Source of the DNA: Azolla caroliniana
Taxonomy: Eukaryota > Plantae > Polypodiophyta
Reading direction: 5' to 3'
Assembly: GCA_043228905.1 (NCBI GenBank)
Contig: JBHGNT010000013.1
Coordinates: 5,766,001-5,830,000, forward strand
DNA length: 64,000 nucleotides
Shown here: positions 13,372 to 26,137 of the stretch, piece after piece
How the letters are laid out: each line of letters begins with the position of its first letter
Numbering within the stretch: the stretch's first letter is position 1
Translations under genes and position numbers: made by a program
Notes under the pieces: generated by a model
What the model was told of the DNA's origin: nothing
What the model saw: the letters and a program-made list of their open reading frames with translations, nothing else
Database searches by the model: none

Positions 13372-14921
13372 ACAGGAGGTATCCCACTAAGTATTACGCT
13401 ACAACGGTACCATTCGTTGCAACACAGTCACTTTGAGGTCTAGGTCGAAGGACTAACTGTTGATCGTGTTCCTAATCGGTAACAAAACCTAAGGGTGTTT
13501 GAATGTCGTACCGAAGGATCAGAGGTCAAAACCTGATAGTAACTCAAAAGCATGCATATTCATGGGATACCCGGAATATGAGTTTGGCTATAGGCTATGG
13601 AACCTAGTTGACAAGAAGGTGGTGAGGAATCGGGATGTAGTCTTCCTAGAAGACAAGACTATTGCGGACTGGAAGAAACAGAAGTTGGAATTGACTGTCA
13701 AGTCAACCCCGACAGCCAATCGGTACAATTGAATCCGAGTCGGTCAACTCGAAGAGACCAACTGACTGTTTGTTTGAATCGGCAAAGCTACTAAGGTCGA
13801 TAAAGGAATATGAATTGGAGTCATCCAACCTGGAGATGTTGATTGACATACATGAACCCAACCCGAGAAAGGAGTTGTCAGAGACATCCGAACAAGAGCC
13901 AACAACGAGTGGAAGGAGGTACCCACTCAAGGAAAGGAAATCCCAGACAACATATGCCAGTCAATACATCCTCTTGACTGACGAAGGTGAACGAGAGTGC
14001 TATGATGAAGCCATTGCCGATGATTACAAAGAGAAATGGTTGAGCGCGATATAAGATGAAATGGCCTTCTTGCATGAAAACTACACCTATGACCTAGTAG
14101 AGTTGTAGAAAGGTAAGAGAGCACTCAGGAATAAGTGGGTCTACAAGGTGAAGACTAGAGAAGCCAACAACATGCCTAGGTATAAAGCCTGTATAGTGGT
14201 TAAGGGGTTTCAGCAAAAAAAGGGCGTCGACTTCGACGAGATATTCGCACCAGTCGTGAAGATCACGTCCATCCAAACTATTCTGAGCATAGCTGCCAAC
14301 ATGGATCTGGAGATCAAATAGTTGGATCTCAAGACAACATTCTTTCACGATCTAGATGAAGAAATCTACATACAACAGCCTGAAGGCTTTGTGGAGAAAG
14401 GGAAAGAGAATCTAGTGTGTCGACTGAAGAAAAGCTTGTGTGGATTGAAACAAGCTCCACACCAATAGTACAAGAAGTTTGAATCCTTCACGATGGAACA
14501 TGGGTTCCAGAAAACACAAGTTGGTCATTGTGTGTCTATCAAAAGGTACGACAAATAAGACTTCTTGATTCTCTTGTAATATGTGGATGACATGTTGATA
14601 GTCGATCAAGACACAAGAAAGATTGGTAGCTTGAAGAAAGCTCTAGGCAAGTCATTTGCCATGAAAGATCTTGGACCAACCAAACAGATTTTTGGGATGC
14701 ACATAGTTCGAGACAGAATTGAGAAAGTGATAGGGTTGTTACAAGAGAGATATTTTACTAAAGTCCTTAAAAGATTCAACATGTTGGACGAAAGTCGGTA
14801 AGCTCGGTATTGCCAACAAACAACAAATTGAATGCTAAGCAATGCCCGAGAAGAGAGAAGGAAAAGGCCGAGATGAGGGCAGTATCATATGCCTCGGCCG
14901 TCGGCAGTTTAATGTATGCTA

Positions 14922-15781
14922 TGACGGGAACTCAACGCTCCTTATGTCCAACGCTCGGCCGCAACCAAGATTCTTTTCATACAAAGAAAAACGGGAAACA
15001 AATGCACGCGACACAAAGGAGAGAAAGGGTACACAGAATGTTTACGTGGAAAAACCCAAAGAGGGAAAAACCACGGCAGCCCACAGGCTGCAAACTATCA
15101 CTATATTGGAATGTACAAACAGTGAGTTCACGGAGGCAACGACCTCGTGCTCACGATCTTCGCCACAGGCAACGGTTACAACAGAGGCAACGACCTCGTT
15201 CTCTCTCTCTCTCAACCTGTACACTGTTACACGCTCTCACTTCTTGCACCAACAAGAAAATGACAACCCTTACTAAAAGTTTGCCCTAAGTCATATTTAT
15301 ACTAATATGACTTTTTGGCTATTTACAAATATAGCCTCGATGGGCTCTCAGAAACATATTTACGAATATGTCTCTTCCTCCGATTCTCACCGGGTCTGCG
15401 TCATCCAGCTCTCCGTAGCTGGGTGCTCCTCATCCGGTTCTCACCGGGCCTGTATCATCCGGCTCTCCGTAGTCGGGTACTCCTCATCCGGTTCATACCG
15501 GGTCTGCACCATCCGGCTCTCCGTAGCCGGGTACTCCTCTTCCGGTTCTCACCGGGTCTGTACCATCCGGTTCTCCGTAACCGGGTACTCCTCTTCCGGT
15601 CTTCACCTGGCCTGTACCATCCGGTTCTCCGTAACCGGGTACTCCTCATCCGGTCTTCACCGGGCCTGTACCATCCGGCTCTCCGTAGCCGGGTCCACCT
15701 CATACGGATTCGGCCTCGGCCGAGTTTGTTCGTCGGCACTGTTCTTCTCCCTTCCCATCCGGAGGGACCTGTCTCCCAACA
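14922..15781 (-). mobile_element. Solo LTR inserted in the Copia RT
   Basis: TGACGGGA...TCCCAACA termini with a perfect 5-bp TSD TGCTA (14917-14921 and 15782-15786). Removing it restores SLMYAM-VCTRPD. Strand inferred from TATAAATA on the minus strand. Confidence 0.9.
15372..15696. repeat. Six 54-bp tandem repeats inside the solo LTR
   Basis: Six 18-codon units (SSSGSHRVCTIRLSVAGY-like) visible in the ORF track. Confidence 0.9.
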
Positions 15782-17066
15782 TGCTATGGTCTGCACGAGA
15801 CCAGACATAGCATTCGTTGTGGGAGCAGTGAGCCAATATATGAGTAATCCAATAAGAGAACATTGGGCAGCGGTGAAGTGGATACTCAGGTACTTGAAAG
15901 GCACCTCGCAAGTATGCCTTTGGTATGGTGTCGAAAAAACTATGTTGGAAAGTTTTACCGACTCGGACATGTCGGGGGACGCAGACTCAAGCCGATCCAC
16001 ATTAGGGTATGTGATGACCTATGTAGGGGGAGCAATGTCGTGGCAGTCAGATTGAAGAAGTTTGTAGCTTTGTCGACTACAGAGGCAAAGCATAAGGCAG
16101 CGGCGGAGGCCGACAAGGAGCTAATTTGGATGAAGAGTTTCCTGAACGAACTCGGGATGAAGCAAGAAGAATTCTTGCTCCACTATGATAATCAGAGTGC
16201 TATACATCTAGCCAAGAATGTTGTGTACCATTCTCAGGTTAAGCATATACAAAGAAGGTATCACTCATTGCGAGAGAATGTAGATGAAGGAGAGTTTACC
16301 CTGGTCAACATCCATACTGACAATAATGGATCGGACATGTTGACAAAGAACCTACCAATGGACAGACTTAGAGCTTGTTGACAAAAGATAGGGTTGACTG
16401 ACTTCCTCCCACAGGAGTGAAGGGGGAGTTTGTTGGCAATATGTTCTTCCAGTTGGAGGAGTCGACTGTTCGGGTTGAGAAGAGTCGATAGTCGAAGACA
16501 AGGATGAGCCGATTGTTCGGGCCGAGTAGAGCCGGTGGTCGAAGACAAGGAGGAGTCGATTGTTCGAGGAGAGTAGACAACTGAAGAGTCGACAGTAGAG
16601 AGTCGACTGATTAATTGTCGATTATTATTATAACTATAATAATACTACTAGCAATGTGTGGTAGGGGCTACACTTGTAAATACTCCATATGATGCATGAG
16701 TGTATATATATAGGGCAAATATAGAGATAGATGTGTGTGAGCATAGAACACATAGTAGTGCATGTGAAGCACGAGAGAGGAGAGGAGTGAACCATTGAAG
16801 AGCGGCGCCATAAATATGTGTGCAATAGCATACGCCAAGAGCCCTGTGTGGTTGATACACTCGACAAAAATAGTGTTGTAACCTCCTCCATTGTATATCC
16901 ATTGTATAATGAACCTCTATTCTTCCGTGGTCTTCTCCCGTTTTAGGGTTTCCATGTTAAAATCTGTGTGCACTGTTTTTCGTGTGTGTACTAAGTAGTA
17001 TATTTCAGTGCATTCCCTATCGTGGATTAAGGATTCGATTCGCAATAGGATAAAAAATTTTGACTC

Positions 17067-17420
17067 ATGTTTCCATAAGCTTTCGCATAACACTACATCA
17101 TTATTGTTTATTTGGATGGACCCTCACTCATTGTAGGACGAATCCTCCAAGTAAACAACCTTATTGTACCTCTTGACTTTATTTGCATTTGAAATTATAT
17201 TAATACATCAAAGCTCTATAGCTTTGAACTCTCAACAATTACCTAGTTTAGGTGCCAATGATCATATAATATTGATTGCATCATAGCCATGACATGATGG
17301 TAAGATAATGATGGATGTCTTCTAACAACAATGTGCATTGTTCCTCATACATTGCGCCATTTCTTGAACATCGTGTAGCCATGTATCTTTCTTGGACTTC
17401 TTCCCCAAAGAGGTTCGCCG
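17067..17420 (+). repeat. Direct repeat of about 350 bp, matching 24848-25203
   Basis: Both run from CATGTTTCCATAAGCTTTC to CAAAGAGGTTCRCCGT. Confidence 0.85.
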
Positions 17421-17586
17421 TTGTGGTCATCAAAAAAGTGTTATCGGTTTAGGGTTTGTTGATGATAATAATGTTGATGAAGATGGTAATGATGGGTGTG
17501 ATGACAACCATTGCAAGGTAGTGGTGGAGATTGATCAGCATTGTGGGGTGGGGGGTGGCACTTAGAATGGTGTAGGGTAAGCTAAT

Positions 17587-17621
<35 letters not shown>

Positions 17622-17817
17622 ATCTGTATTCTTCATTCATTACCCATAAGAGGGTTAAATAGTTACAATGAGGTTAGATTTATAAGGGTGCATGACCTGC
17701 ATGACCCTCAAGCCATCCATACACATCACCCACTCACACCCTTTCCTATTTGTCCACTAACACTCGGTTCACACTCATACTCACATACATTTCACATTGA
17801 CACAACACTATACTCTT

Positions 17818-18406
17818 TCACCCTCGGTCATCACAATAATAGTCGATGCCATGTGTTTGCGCCAACCCATTGGCCACCCGTCCGGCCTTGTACTTGTTGA
17901 TCGAGCTCTCAAAATTGTATTTCACCTTATACACCCACATGCATCCAATCAGCTTTACTCCTTTGGGGAGACCAACAAGGTCCCATGTCTCATTGTCAGC
18001 TAGAGGATGCATCTCTTCCTCCATAGCCGCTTTCCATTCGGCATCTTGTGCCGCCTCCGCGTAGCTCTTTGGCTCACATATCTTTGCCACTTTAGTCATG
18101 TACGGATATTAATGCGCCATGTACTCATGTACCCATACCTAATCACAGGGTTCTTCTAGCGAGATGATCGGCGCAACTTTTTGTTGGTCGTCTTCAAGGT
18201 TCTTGTTGGTCAATTCTGACCTCAACTTTGAAGGTTCGTCATCGCTCATGGCCCCATCGGATTCGGTTCTATCCAATGTTCCCATATTGGTGCCATATCC
18301 CAACATCTTCTTCTTCCTCTTCTCCTTGTGGGTAGGCTATCTCCTCGGCTTCATCCATAGGGATTGCATGGCTGAGTCCCCATCACTCGTTGGCTCCTCT
18401 AAGTAA
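17818..18406 (-). pseudogene. Copia fragment (integrase-RT linker and RT N-terminus), same family as E/F/G
   Basis: EPKSYAEAA..WKAAMEEEM..NETWDLV..WVYKVKYN. Confidence 0.85.
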
Positions 18407-18526
18407 GAGTATAGAGTTTGAGTCTTTGTTAGTACGATGTGAATTAAGGAGCACTTATTGCCCTTTTCCTTTTCGAAGAGAAAGAATAATAATAATGCAT
18501 TTGTAAATAATTACTTAGAGTAATTA

Positions 18527-18918
18527 TGTTAGGCGGAATAGACTAAATAGATGTGTGTTATGTGTGTGTGAAAGAGGAGAGAGGAGAGACACAAGATAGA
18601 TAAAAGATAAAAGACTCAAATGTATATTAACAAGGAGTAAAAAAACAAACTAGCAAACCAACATTTACAAAGGAAAGAGGAGAGTGCTTTATATTAAGTC
18701 ACCCTCTTACTACATTCTCTCTTTAAAACACCCACTCTCTCTCTCTAGCAACTTGGGGAATATGGAAACTGATTAGCTATGTGTCATATTGTATGATTCT
18801 AGGATACAAAGTTAAAGTTAGGAAGTAGTGGTGACCATTGACGTTTGAGTGTTTATACATTCACTATATAAGGTATGTTCACACCCTAAACTTAGATTGA
18901 GTTTAATTTTCAACAACA
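18527..18918 (-). mobile_element. Solo LTR-like copy related to the Copia G LTR
   Basis: Colinear similarity with 26565-27007 (ACACAAGATAGAT, GTGCTTTATA..GTCACCCTCT, GGGAATATGGAA). TSD not resolved. Confidence 0.7.
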
Positions 18919-19342
18919 TTAAATGTAAATGAGGTTGGGTTTTCTTGGAGTTTTTGCTTTTGGTGACCTTTTTCTTTGATTTTTTTACTTTCGTTTCTTC
19001 TTGGACTCTTCTTTAGATTTTTTGACATTTTCTTGGGTTTTTAGACATTTAGGAGAAGGAGCTCTTCATTTCCAATGCTCATCTTTCAGCAATGGAAGCT
19101 CAACCTCATATTTGTCATTTGGACACCATCGGAATCTCCAAATTTTACCACCTAAATGTGACGTCATGGATACATCACTTTTCCACGCCATCACCGTCCT
19201 TTCCCTTTACAATTTCAGTTACGCCTTTTCTTACCATTTACCCTTATTTAAAAACATTTAAAACCCTACCTACGATTCAATAATTCACAATTATTTCACC
19301 AAATACACCTCCTACCTACCAATATATATATACATATATAGA

Positions 19343-19394
19343 TACATACATACATACATACATACATACATACATACATACATACATACATACA
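19343..19394. repeat. (TACA)n microsatellite
   Basis: Direct reading. Confidence 0.95.
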
Positions 19395-19992
19395 AACATC
19401 AAAGCATATACATAAGCATACATCATCATATAAACACATATTCAAGAGTATTTGCATATTGCACATAGAAGTACACAAGTTAATTCCATAAACAAACTTT
19501 CCTCTATTATCGTACTTAGACCCACATATCTACAATCTCTAAACATACTTAAACAAGGTGTTGGTGCTAAAATCAACACGTAATTGTGAGTAACTTCAAT
19601 TTATCAACTCAACAAGTCATGTCAACCCATCCTCTCTTGTTCAAGACCGCATTGGTCCAACTCACATTTCACACACACGCGTGCATTCTCAACACAATGT
19701 GAATTATAATTAATTTGTAAACCCTATACATGCTTGGAGTTGGACTATTTTTAAACCATATTTATGCTCCAACAAAGGAGGTTCTTCATCCAGAACAAGA
19801 CCTTTTTTGCATGAAAGAAACTCGCAATCAAACAAGCCAAGCACATGCCTTCAAATTTTGAATGAAAACTCTCACAAACATAAGAAGAAAATATGGGAGA
19901 ATTCTTTAATTAATACAATAGTTTATTGAATGTAAATACGATAGAATATATACAAGAAAAATAGCATAAAAAACTTGTAAAAATGAATTGTT

Positions 19993-20276
19993 TTAAGCAA
20001 TGTCATTGATATGTGATTCTAGATAAGCGCTAGCTGTGCACATCTCCTCTTTTAGATGCTCCTCGATTGCATCCATGAAATTCTCATCATATTCAAATAT
20101 CCATTTAATGATGCTTGTATTTGGCTCAACTCCAGCTAAAACTTGAGCACTATAAGTCACGTTTGGATTAGAATGCTTTCCCAAATATCCTCCCTCAAAG
20201 ACTGTAGCTTTGAAACTCATTTGTTCATGGTCAATGTTGTTCCATAGAAACTTGACGTAATCAAATTTAGAAAAGT
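19993..20276 (-). CDS. Bet v 1/PR-10/MLP-like protein, exon 2
   Basis: Acceptor TTTCTTCAG|AC at 20277/20276. Encodes FSKFDYVKFLWNNIDHEQMSFKATVFEGGYLG...IIKWIFEY...YLESHINDIA*. In frame with exon 1. Confidence 0.85.
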
Positions 20277-21196
20277 CTGAAGAAATCAATAAAAGGTTAT
20301 CAACGACAATGTTAAAAGTATAAATTGCATTTCAATAAGATCATATTTTTTATTTCTGTGGAAAATATTGACAAAATATCATATGAAACATGTTTGTGGC
20401 ACAATATATGATATCTTGCACAACAAAATTAAGGATTACGTTAAATGGAAGCACAAAATATAACCCACTTGTGTGGCTAGGTATGTAGAAGCTCTTCTTG
20501 AATAAGGGGGACAAGTTGGATCTCTAAACAAAAGCCTTTATTTGGTGCAAACCAATAGCCAAATAAAGAAGTATTAATGCTAAGATAAAGTAGGATATTA
20601 TAAGCTTGCCGTGCATGAGTACTAAAGGTAGATTTTCATGGTCTCTTAAGCTCTCAAGAATGCAATGGTCTCAATTTCCAATGTCAACTACCATACCAAA
20701 CAAGCTTTAAAACATGTTGATAAAACCTATTATGCCCATATATTAGTTGATAACATGTAAGGTGCACTTTTGTTGCAAAATGGTTAAGATGCAATGACAA
20801 TATTTAACATTGATTCACCCTTTCAAGGGCGTTAAAAACATTGCATGACATGTTCGTTATCTGAATGATTCAAATGGCTTGAAATCAGATAATTTACCCA
20901 TTAATATGGATGTGACATTATGACTCTTTATAAGGTATAACTTTTGTTTTGTCATTTGTACTTGGAGTGCTCAACATGTTGGATAATATATTCCAAAGGC
21001 TACATCCAAGTGTTCATATTAGAGAACATCTCAAATTAATCATTGAAAACTTTCAATTTGGCATTCCAATGTAATAGATTTGTTATATATTCATTCCATA
21101 CAGAATCTTACATGAGGATTGAGAATGGACTCATCACTTAACTCATTTCACACCATTTTGTGCAACGTATATACTGCAGATGCAATGAAGTTACAT

Positions 21197-21406
21197 TTTT
21201 TAGATCATTTTAAAGAGGATTTTAGTATTTTTAAAGTGGCAAGTTCTTTTGTTGAAAGCACACTATGAAGGACATGGACAAATTTAATATAACCATTCTC
21301 TTGTGAATGAATCTAATCAAAATTTTCCATGTCCTTTTTAGTACTTATAACAAAAGAACCTTGCAGCTTTAAAAATACTAACCTCCTCTTTGAAATGATT
21401 TGAAAA
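21197..21406. repeat. Foldback (MITE-like) inverted repeat in the intron
   Basis: Arms at about 21197-21285 and 21319-21406 are imperfect reverse complements (e.g. TTAGTATTTTTAAAG/CTTTAAAAATACTAA and AAGGACATGGA/TCCATGTCCTT). Confidence 0.85.
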
Positions 21407-21759
21407 TCACAAAGTGGTTCATACAATGTATCTTTTAAGAATCTTCAAAATAGTGTATATGCATCACTTCCTTGCAAATGTACTTAACATCATGTTTACG
21501 TTAAGTATGAATTTCCTAAAGGAATATGTGGGTGTGACATATGTACATTGGAGGTTTGGATATTATAGATATTGGGGAGATAGAAAAGAAATTTCTATAT
21601 CTTGTTATTATAGATCTCAATGGTTTAAGAAGGATAGCAATAATTATCTAGTTATTCCACAATATGGTAAACAAAAAGGAATGCTTTACATTTTACCAGA
21701 TGGCACAAAAAGTAATGAGTATAAAAGCATTATCATGGATAGAAGTATGACTTGATGGT

Positions 21760-22834
21760 GAGGACTTAATTGAAGCCATATGTTTCTAAACTTTGTTTTC
21801 TAGGGCATTAATAGAGACTATAAAAAAGAGGCTTCAAGATCCAATGTTTCTTTCCACATTGAAAATATGTTTCAAGATCCATTCAAATTTAAAGAAAATG
21901 CACATATCACCAATGAACATGTCTATTGGATCTACAAGCATTTTAGCATGAAAAACTATCAGTTTTAATGAGTTAAAATCACTTGCAAACTTTTATGGCA
22001 TTCGAAAAAGATAGATAGGAAAGTGTTTTCTCCCATAATTTATAATTGATAATTTTTTTGATGAATATACAAATTTTAGACCGCAAGCTACCACGAAATG
22101 GCTTGGAAGATATTTCTTTGATGTTTGAGTACAATAAGTTGTAATGATGTGTGAAAAGAAAAGCTACCCAAGCTTTTAAAGCTTTCGTTGATAAGGTTAA
22201 TTCAATGTTTTTCGACTACAACATGTGATAGAAGCTTTAGTCGCCTAAATCTAATAAAGAATAAGTTCAAAATTAGGCTAAAAAGAAATGCAGTAGATGC
22301 ATTGATACGAATATCCATTGAAGGACTTGAACTAGAAGAACATTACCTCATTGCCAACATTAGGTTGTGGCGAGAAAGCAAGGCATATCATCATATTTTT
22401 ACAATAACATCTCATGAGCATGATGATGACATCTAGGAGTTCATAGAAGATATAGATTGGAACTTTGTAAATTCAATCTAATTTGTTTTAAAGTTTTATA
22501 TATATTAGATCTAATTTTATCTAATATGTTGCTAATGCTAGTTTACAAAGTTTTGATAAGTGAATTTTGTTTACATAGTCAGGTATTTCATTTTTTTGGA
22601 AATATATACATATATACTTTTTTGGATCCAAACTTTTGTGATTTATTTGATTTGGTATTGTGCTAGAATTTTATTTCCTGATTTGGAATGTGCTAATTTT
22701 TATTTTCAACATGTTCCGGTTGAAATTGTTGCTTGTAGGAAAGTGGCTAGTTAAAGTTTTAAATTTCCAATTAGGTAACACGTTCATTAGAAGCATGAAA
22801 ATTTCCACTAGGGGATATAGACTTTGGCAACACT
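21760..22834 (+). mobile_element. Decayed hAT transposase 3' end with a possible right terminal inverted repeat
   Basis: ORF 22188-22436 (STTTCDRSFSRLNLIKNKFKIRL..VDALIRISIEG) resembles the hAT dimerisation domain. TTGGCAACACTA near 22824-22834 is hAT TIR-like. Left end not found. Confidence 0.7.
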
Positions 22835-23410
22835 AGTGTGCATTAAGTAAACAAGAAGTTATTATGGGAGAAAGAAAATCTTTTTTATGATGTTAAGGAA
22901 TTAGAGATAGAACCATGCATAAGTCTTGTATTTAGATTTGTGTGATTTGACATTTGGATATGTATCATTTGACACATATATGGACTATGATTAAAACATG
23001 GCTTACTTAGATTTGTGAGACTTGACCCTCAAACATGGACTAAAAAATGCATGGGCTTCCTTAAAAGAACCAATTTAGGATACAAAGCACAAAATCATTG
23101 ACTAAATTTAATGGGTAATTGAACGGCAATTCATAATAGGGATATGATGATGTAAATTATTGAAACATTATATTGCTCTCTAGACTCCATGTATTATATT
23201 AAGTCAATAGTATATAGAAATTGGGCGCATGTCTTTTTTGAATGAATAGAAAGTAGGTGGATAGTTTCATATCCACTCAAGTTGGAACTCATGATTTGTT
23301 CATGATAAACAATTAATGCAATAGTTTATACATCAAGTCAATAATACATAGTTTGAGATAGTAAAAATGTATACACACAAACACAAACACACACATACAC
23401 ATACACATAC

Positions 23411-23460
<50 letters not shown>

Positions 23461-23490
23461 ATGCATCCAAATGTAAGGAGGGAGAATTAC

Positions 23491-23674
23491 TCTCAACATT
23501 GTAGTTTATTTGGCCAACGCCTCCAGTAGCAAGAGGGGGGCCATCCAAGTACTCAATCGAGGTGTAGCGTTGTGGGATTGCTTTCGGTAAGGTGATCTGA
23601 AAGTTCTTCATCCATACCCTCCAAACATCTTTTGGTGAATGCTTGATAACTATCTCGAGCTCAAATTGTTTCAT
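23491..23674 (-). CDS. Bet v 1/PR-10/MLP-like protein, exon 1
   Basis: ATG in ACAAAATG context. Encodes MKQFELEIVIKHSPKDVWRVW..LPKAIPQRYTSIEYLDG. Donor GAGA|GTAATT after 184 nt, i.e. phase 1 in codon 62, the conserved PR-10 intron position. Spliced CDS is 468 nt (155 aa). Confidence 0.85.
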
Positions 23675-23692
23675 TTTGTTTCTCACACACTA

Positions 23693-23695
<3 letters not shown>

Positions 23696-23745
<50 letters not shown>

Positions 23746-23781
23746 ATTACTTAGTATTGTTTCTTGTATATTCATACATAC

Positions 23782-23817
<36 letters not shown>
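23696..23817. repeat. (CT)n and (GT)n microsatellites just upstream of the PR-10-like start codon
   Basis: Direct reading. Confidence 0.95.
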
Positions 23818-24395
23818 ATAATGTAGGTGTATATGTCTATTTATCATCGTTTATATTATAAATTGAAATTTATATTTTTTTGAGCTCTTGTGATAAACCT
23901 ATGGGAAATACTTTAAAGAAAAACAAAATTTAAATGAATGTTAAAATTGTCGGTGTAAAGCATTTATATAAAATTTAATAAATGTTAAAAGTGTCATTGT
24001 AAAGAATTTATGTATATAATATTTTGTAAATGTTAAAACTTACTTTTAAAACAAAAATTTAATTTAAAAAAACAATTAAATCATTTAAACTACAATTTCT
24101 AACTGTTAAAATTGAACTGAACCGTTTTAACCGTTAAGCTGCAGTTTCACAGTTCGGTGTGGTTCGAACTGAACCGTTGCTGATAGTTAATGAATATTGG
24201 TAACCTTGATGAAACAAAATAAAACCTTGTTGTCTTTGAATATGAAAGGGAACATGGGCAAGTAAATGAAATTGTAAAGGACAAATAGAACCTAACTTTG
24301 ATTACTCTCCTTATTTTCTTTGGATCTCACTACTTTAGGATTACAAGCTTTACATAACCTTTTTCTCGTGAATATAAAACTTCATTATAAAAGTT

Positions 24396-26137
24396 GAAAT
24401 ACCACTATGGTTATTTTACACTAATCGGATCCCATTTACATCAAGTCAACTGAGACTAGTATGATGATACTTTAAACCAAATAAAATGATTCCTTGTTTG
24501 AGTTAAAATAATGGATTTGAGTTTTGTGTATTGCTTACTATAGGGCATCACAATGGTTCAAGGGAAAAAAAGGGTATTACTTACTATAGGGCCTATTCAT
24601 TTCGTAAGCAAGTAAATAAAGTTCAAGGAAACTATCAAAAGAAAAAGAAAAAGAAGAAAAAAAGGGTATTACTTATTGTAGGGTCTATTCATTTCATCAA
24701 CAGGTAGATAAAGTTCAAGGAAACTATCAAATATTGGAAATTTTTCTTATGTTTGAATATTATAGGGTCTAAATCAAACCAAAGTGATGGATAGGAAAAG
24801 AGAGAAAGGGACAATGAAATAGTTAAATCTTGAACTAATATTGAAGCATGTTTCCATAAGCTTTCTCATAACACTACATCTCAATTGTTTAGATGGATGG
24901 ACCCTCACTCATTGAGGGAGCAATCCTATACGTAAACACCCTTATTGTACCTCTTGATTTTCTTGCATTTGAAACTATATTAATACATCAAAGCTCTATA
25001 TAGCTTTGAACTCTCAATAATTACCTAGTTTACGTGCCAATGATCATATAATATTGATTGCATCATACCCATGACAAGATGGTAAGATAATGATGGATGT
25101 CTTCTAACAACAACGTGCATTGTTCCTCATGCATTGCAACATTTCTTGCACATTGTGCAACCACGTATCCTTCGTGGACTTTTTCTCCAAAGAGGTTCAC
25201 CGTTTAGGTTCCAATCATATCATGTTGATTCCATCATAGCCGTGACATGATGGTAAGATAATGATGGATGTTTGCTAACAACAACGTGCATTGTTCCTCA
25301 TACATTGCACCATTTCTTGCACATTGTGCAACCACGTATCCTTCTTGGACTTTTTCTCCAAAGAGGTTCATCGTTTAGGTTCCAATGATAATATAATATT
25401 GATTCCATTATAGCCATGACATGATGGTAAGATAATGATGGATGTCTTCTAATAGCAACAGATTAGATGTTTCTAATAGTGAAAGAAACCACAACGAATT
25501 ACCCCTTAATCTCCTATATGATGTGTATTCTAACGTGAGCATCACAATGGTTAGAGATCAATCCTAATGTAAACATAAGACAAGGAAATATAAGATAGAT
25601 TGATAAGAAAAAAGAGAGAAAAACAGGTACTAATCCACTCGACCACCATCGAGCGAAGACATCGACACAGACTTGAGCCTTGATTGGCGTCCCATGGCAT
25701 TGAGTCGTACTAGTGTCGTGGAGAATTGCGACCACTAGGAGAAAGGTTTGTTAGATGCGTGCGAACAAGGGTGCAAATGGATGCACATGAAAGAAGTCTT
25801 ATGTATAAACAATCATATTAAGTAGTATAATATTAATAAGTTCATGGTAGAGTATTTTAATAGGTACTTTATGATCCTTTAGAAAGAGGAGAATTATAGT
25901 GAGTGATGGGAGGAAATCATGGAGGGAATCTCTAATAGAAAACGACCGACAAAGCAACGTGATATATTGTCGACCCTCCCTCATTTTGGAGCTATAATAT
26001 GGAAAATGGAAATACCACTGTGATTATTTTACACGAATTGGATCCCATATACACCTCATCAAGTGAGACCAGTATGATGATATTGTAAACCATATCAAAT
26101 GATTCCTTGTTTGAGCTAAAATAATGGATTTGAGTTT
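24396..26137 (+). repeat. Patchwork of local direct duplications
   Basis: 24396-24523 matches 26009-26137. A unit of about 170 bp recurs at about 25035, 25207 and 25378 (last copy partial). AAGGGTATTACTTA..AAGTTCAAGGAAACTATCAAA occurs twice at 24570-24730. Confidence 0.75.

Larger units (their letters stand above)
13499..17047 (+). mobile_element. 5'-truncated decayed Copia (Tnt1/Tork-like): integrase tail, RT, RNase H, PPT, 3' LTR
   Basis: VPKDQRSK..CIFMGY, YVDDML, SAVGSLMYAM|VCTRPDI, VALSTTEA, SDMLTK. PPT GAAGGGGGAG, then LTR from 16431 (TGTTGG). Right end approximate. Confidence 0.85.

Noticed and set aside
15307-16055. ORFs with 18-aa repeats, and a CRISPR-like appearance
   Set aside because: They translate a 54-bp tandem repeat in a solo LTR. 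There are no unique spacers and no cas genes.
17421-17815. Possible LTR beginning TGTGGTC
   Set aside because: No second copy, PPT or TSD to support its boundaries.
18940-19200. Lysine-rich coding-like stretch on the minus strand
   Set aside because: Interrupted by stops, and no family could be recognised.
21414-21755. 113-aa intronic ORF
   Set aside because: AT-rich, GTG start and no motif; probably transposon debris.
24100-24185. AACCG/CGGTT repeat cluster resembling a DNA transposon end
   Set aside because: No partner terminus or TSD found.
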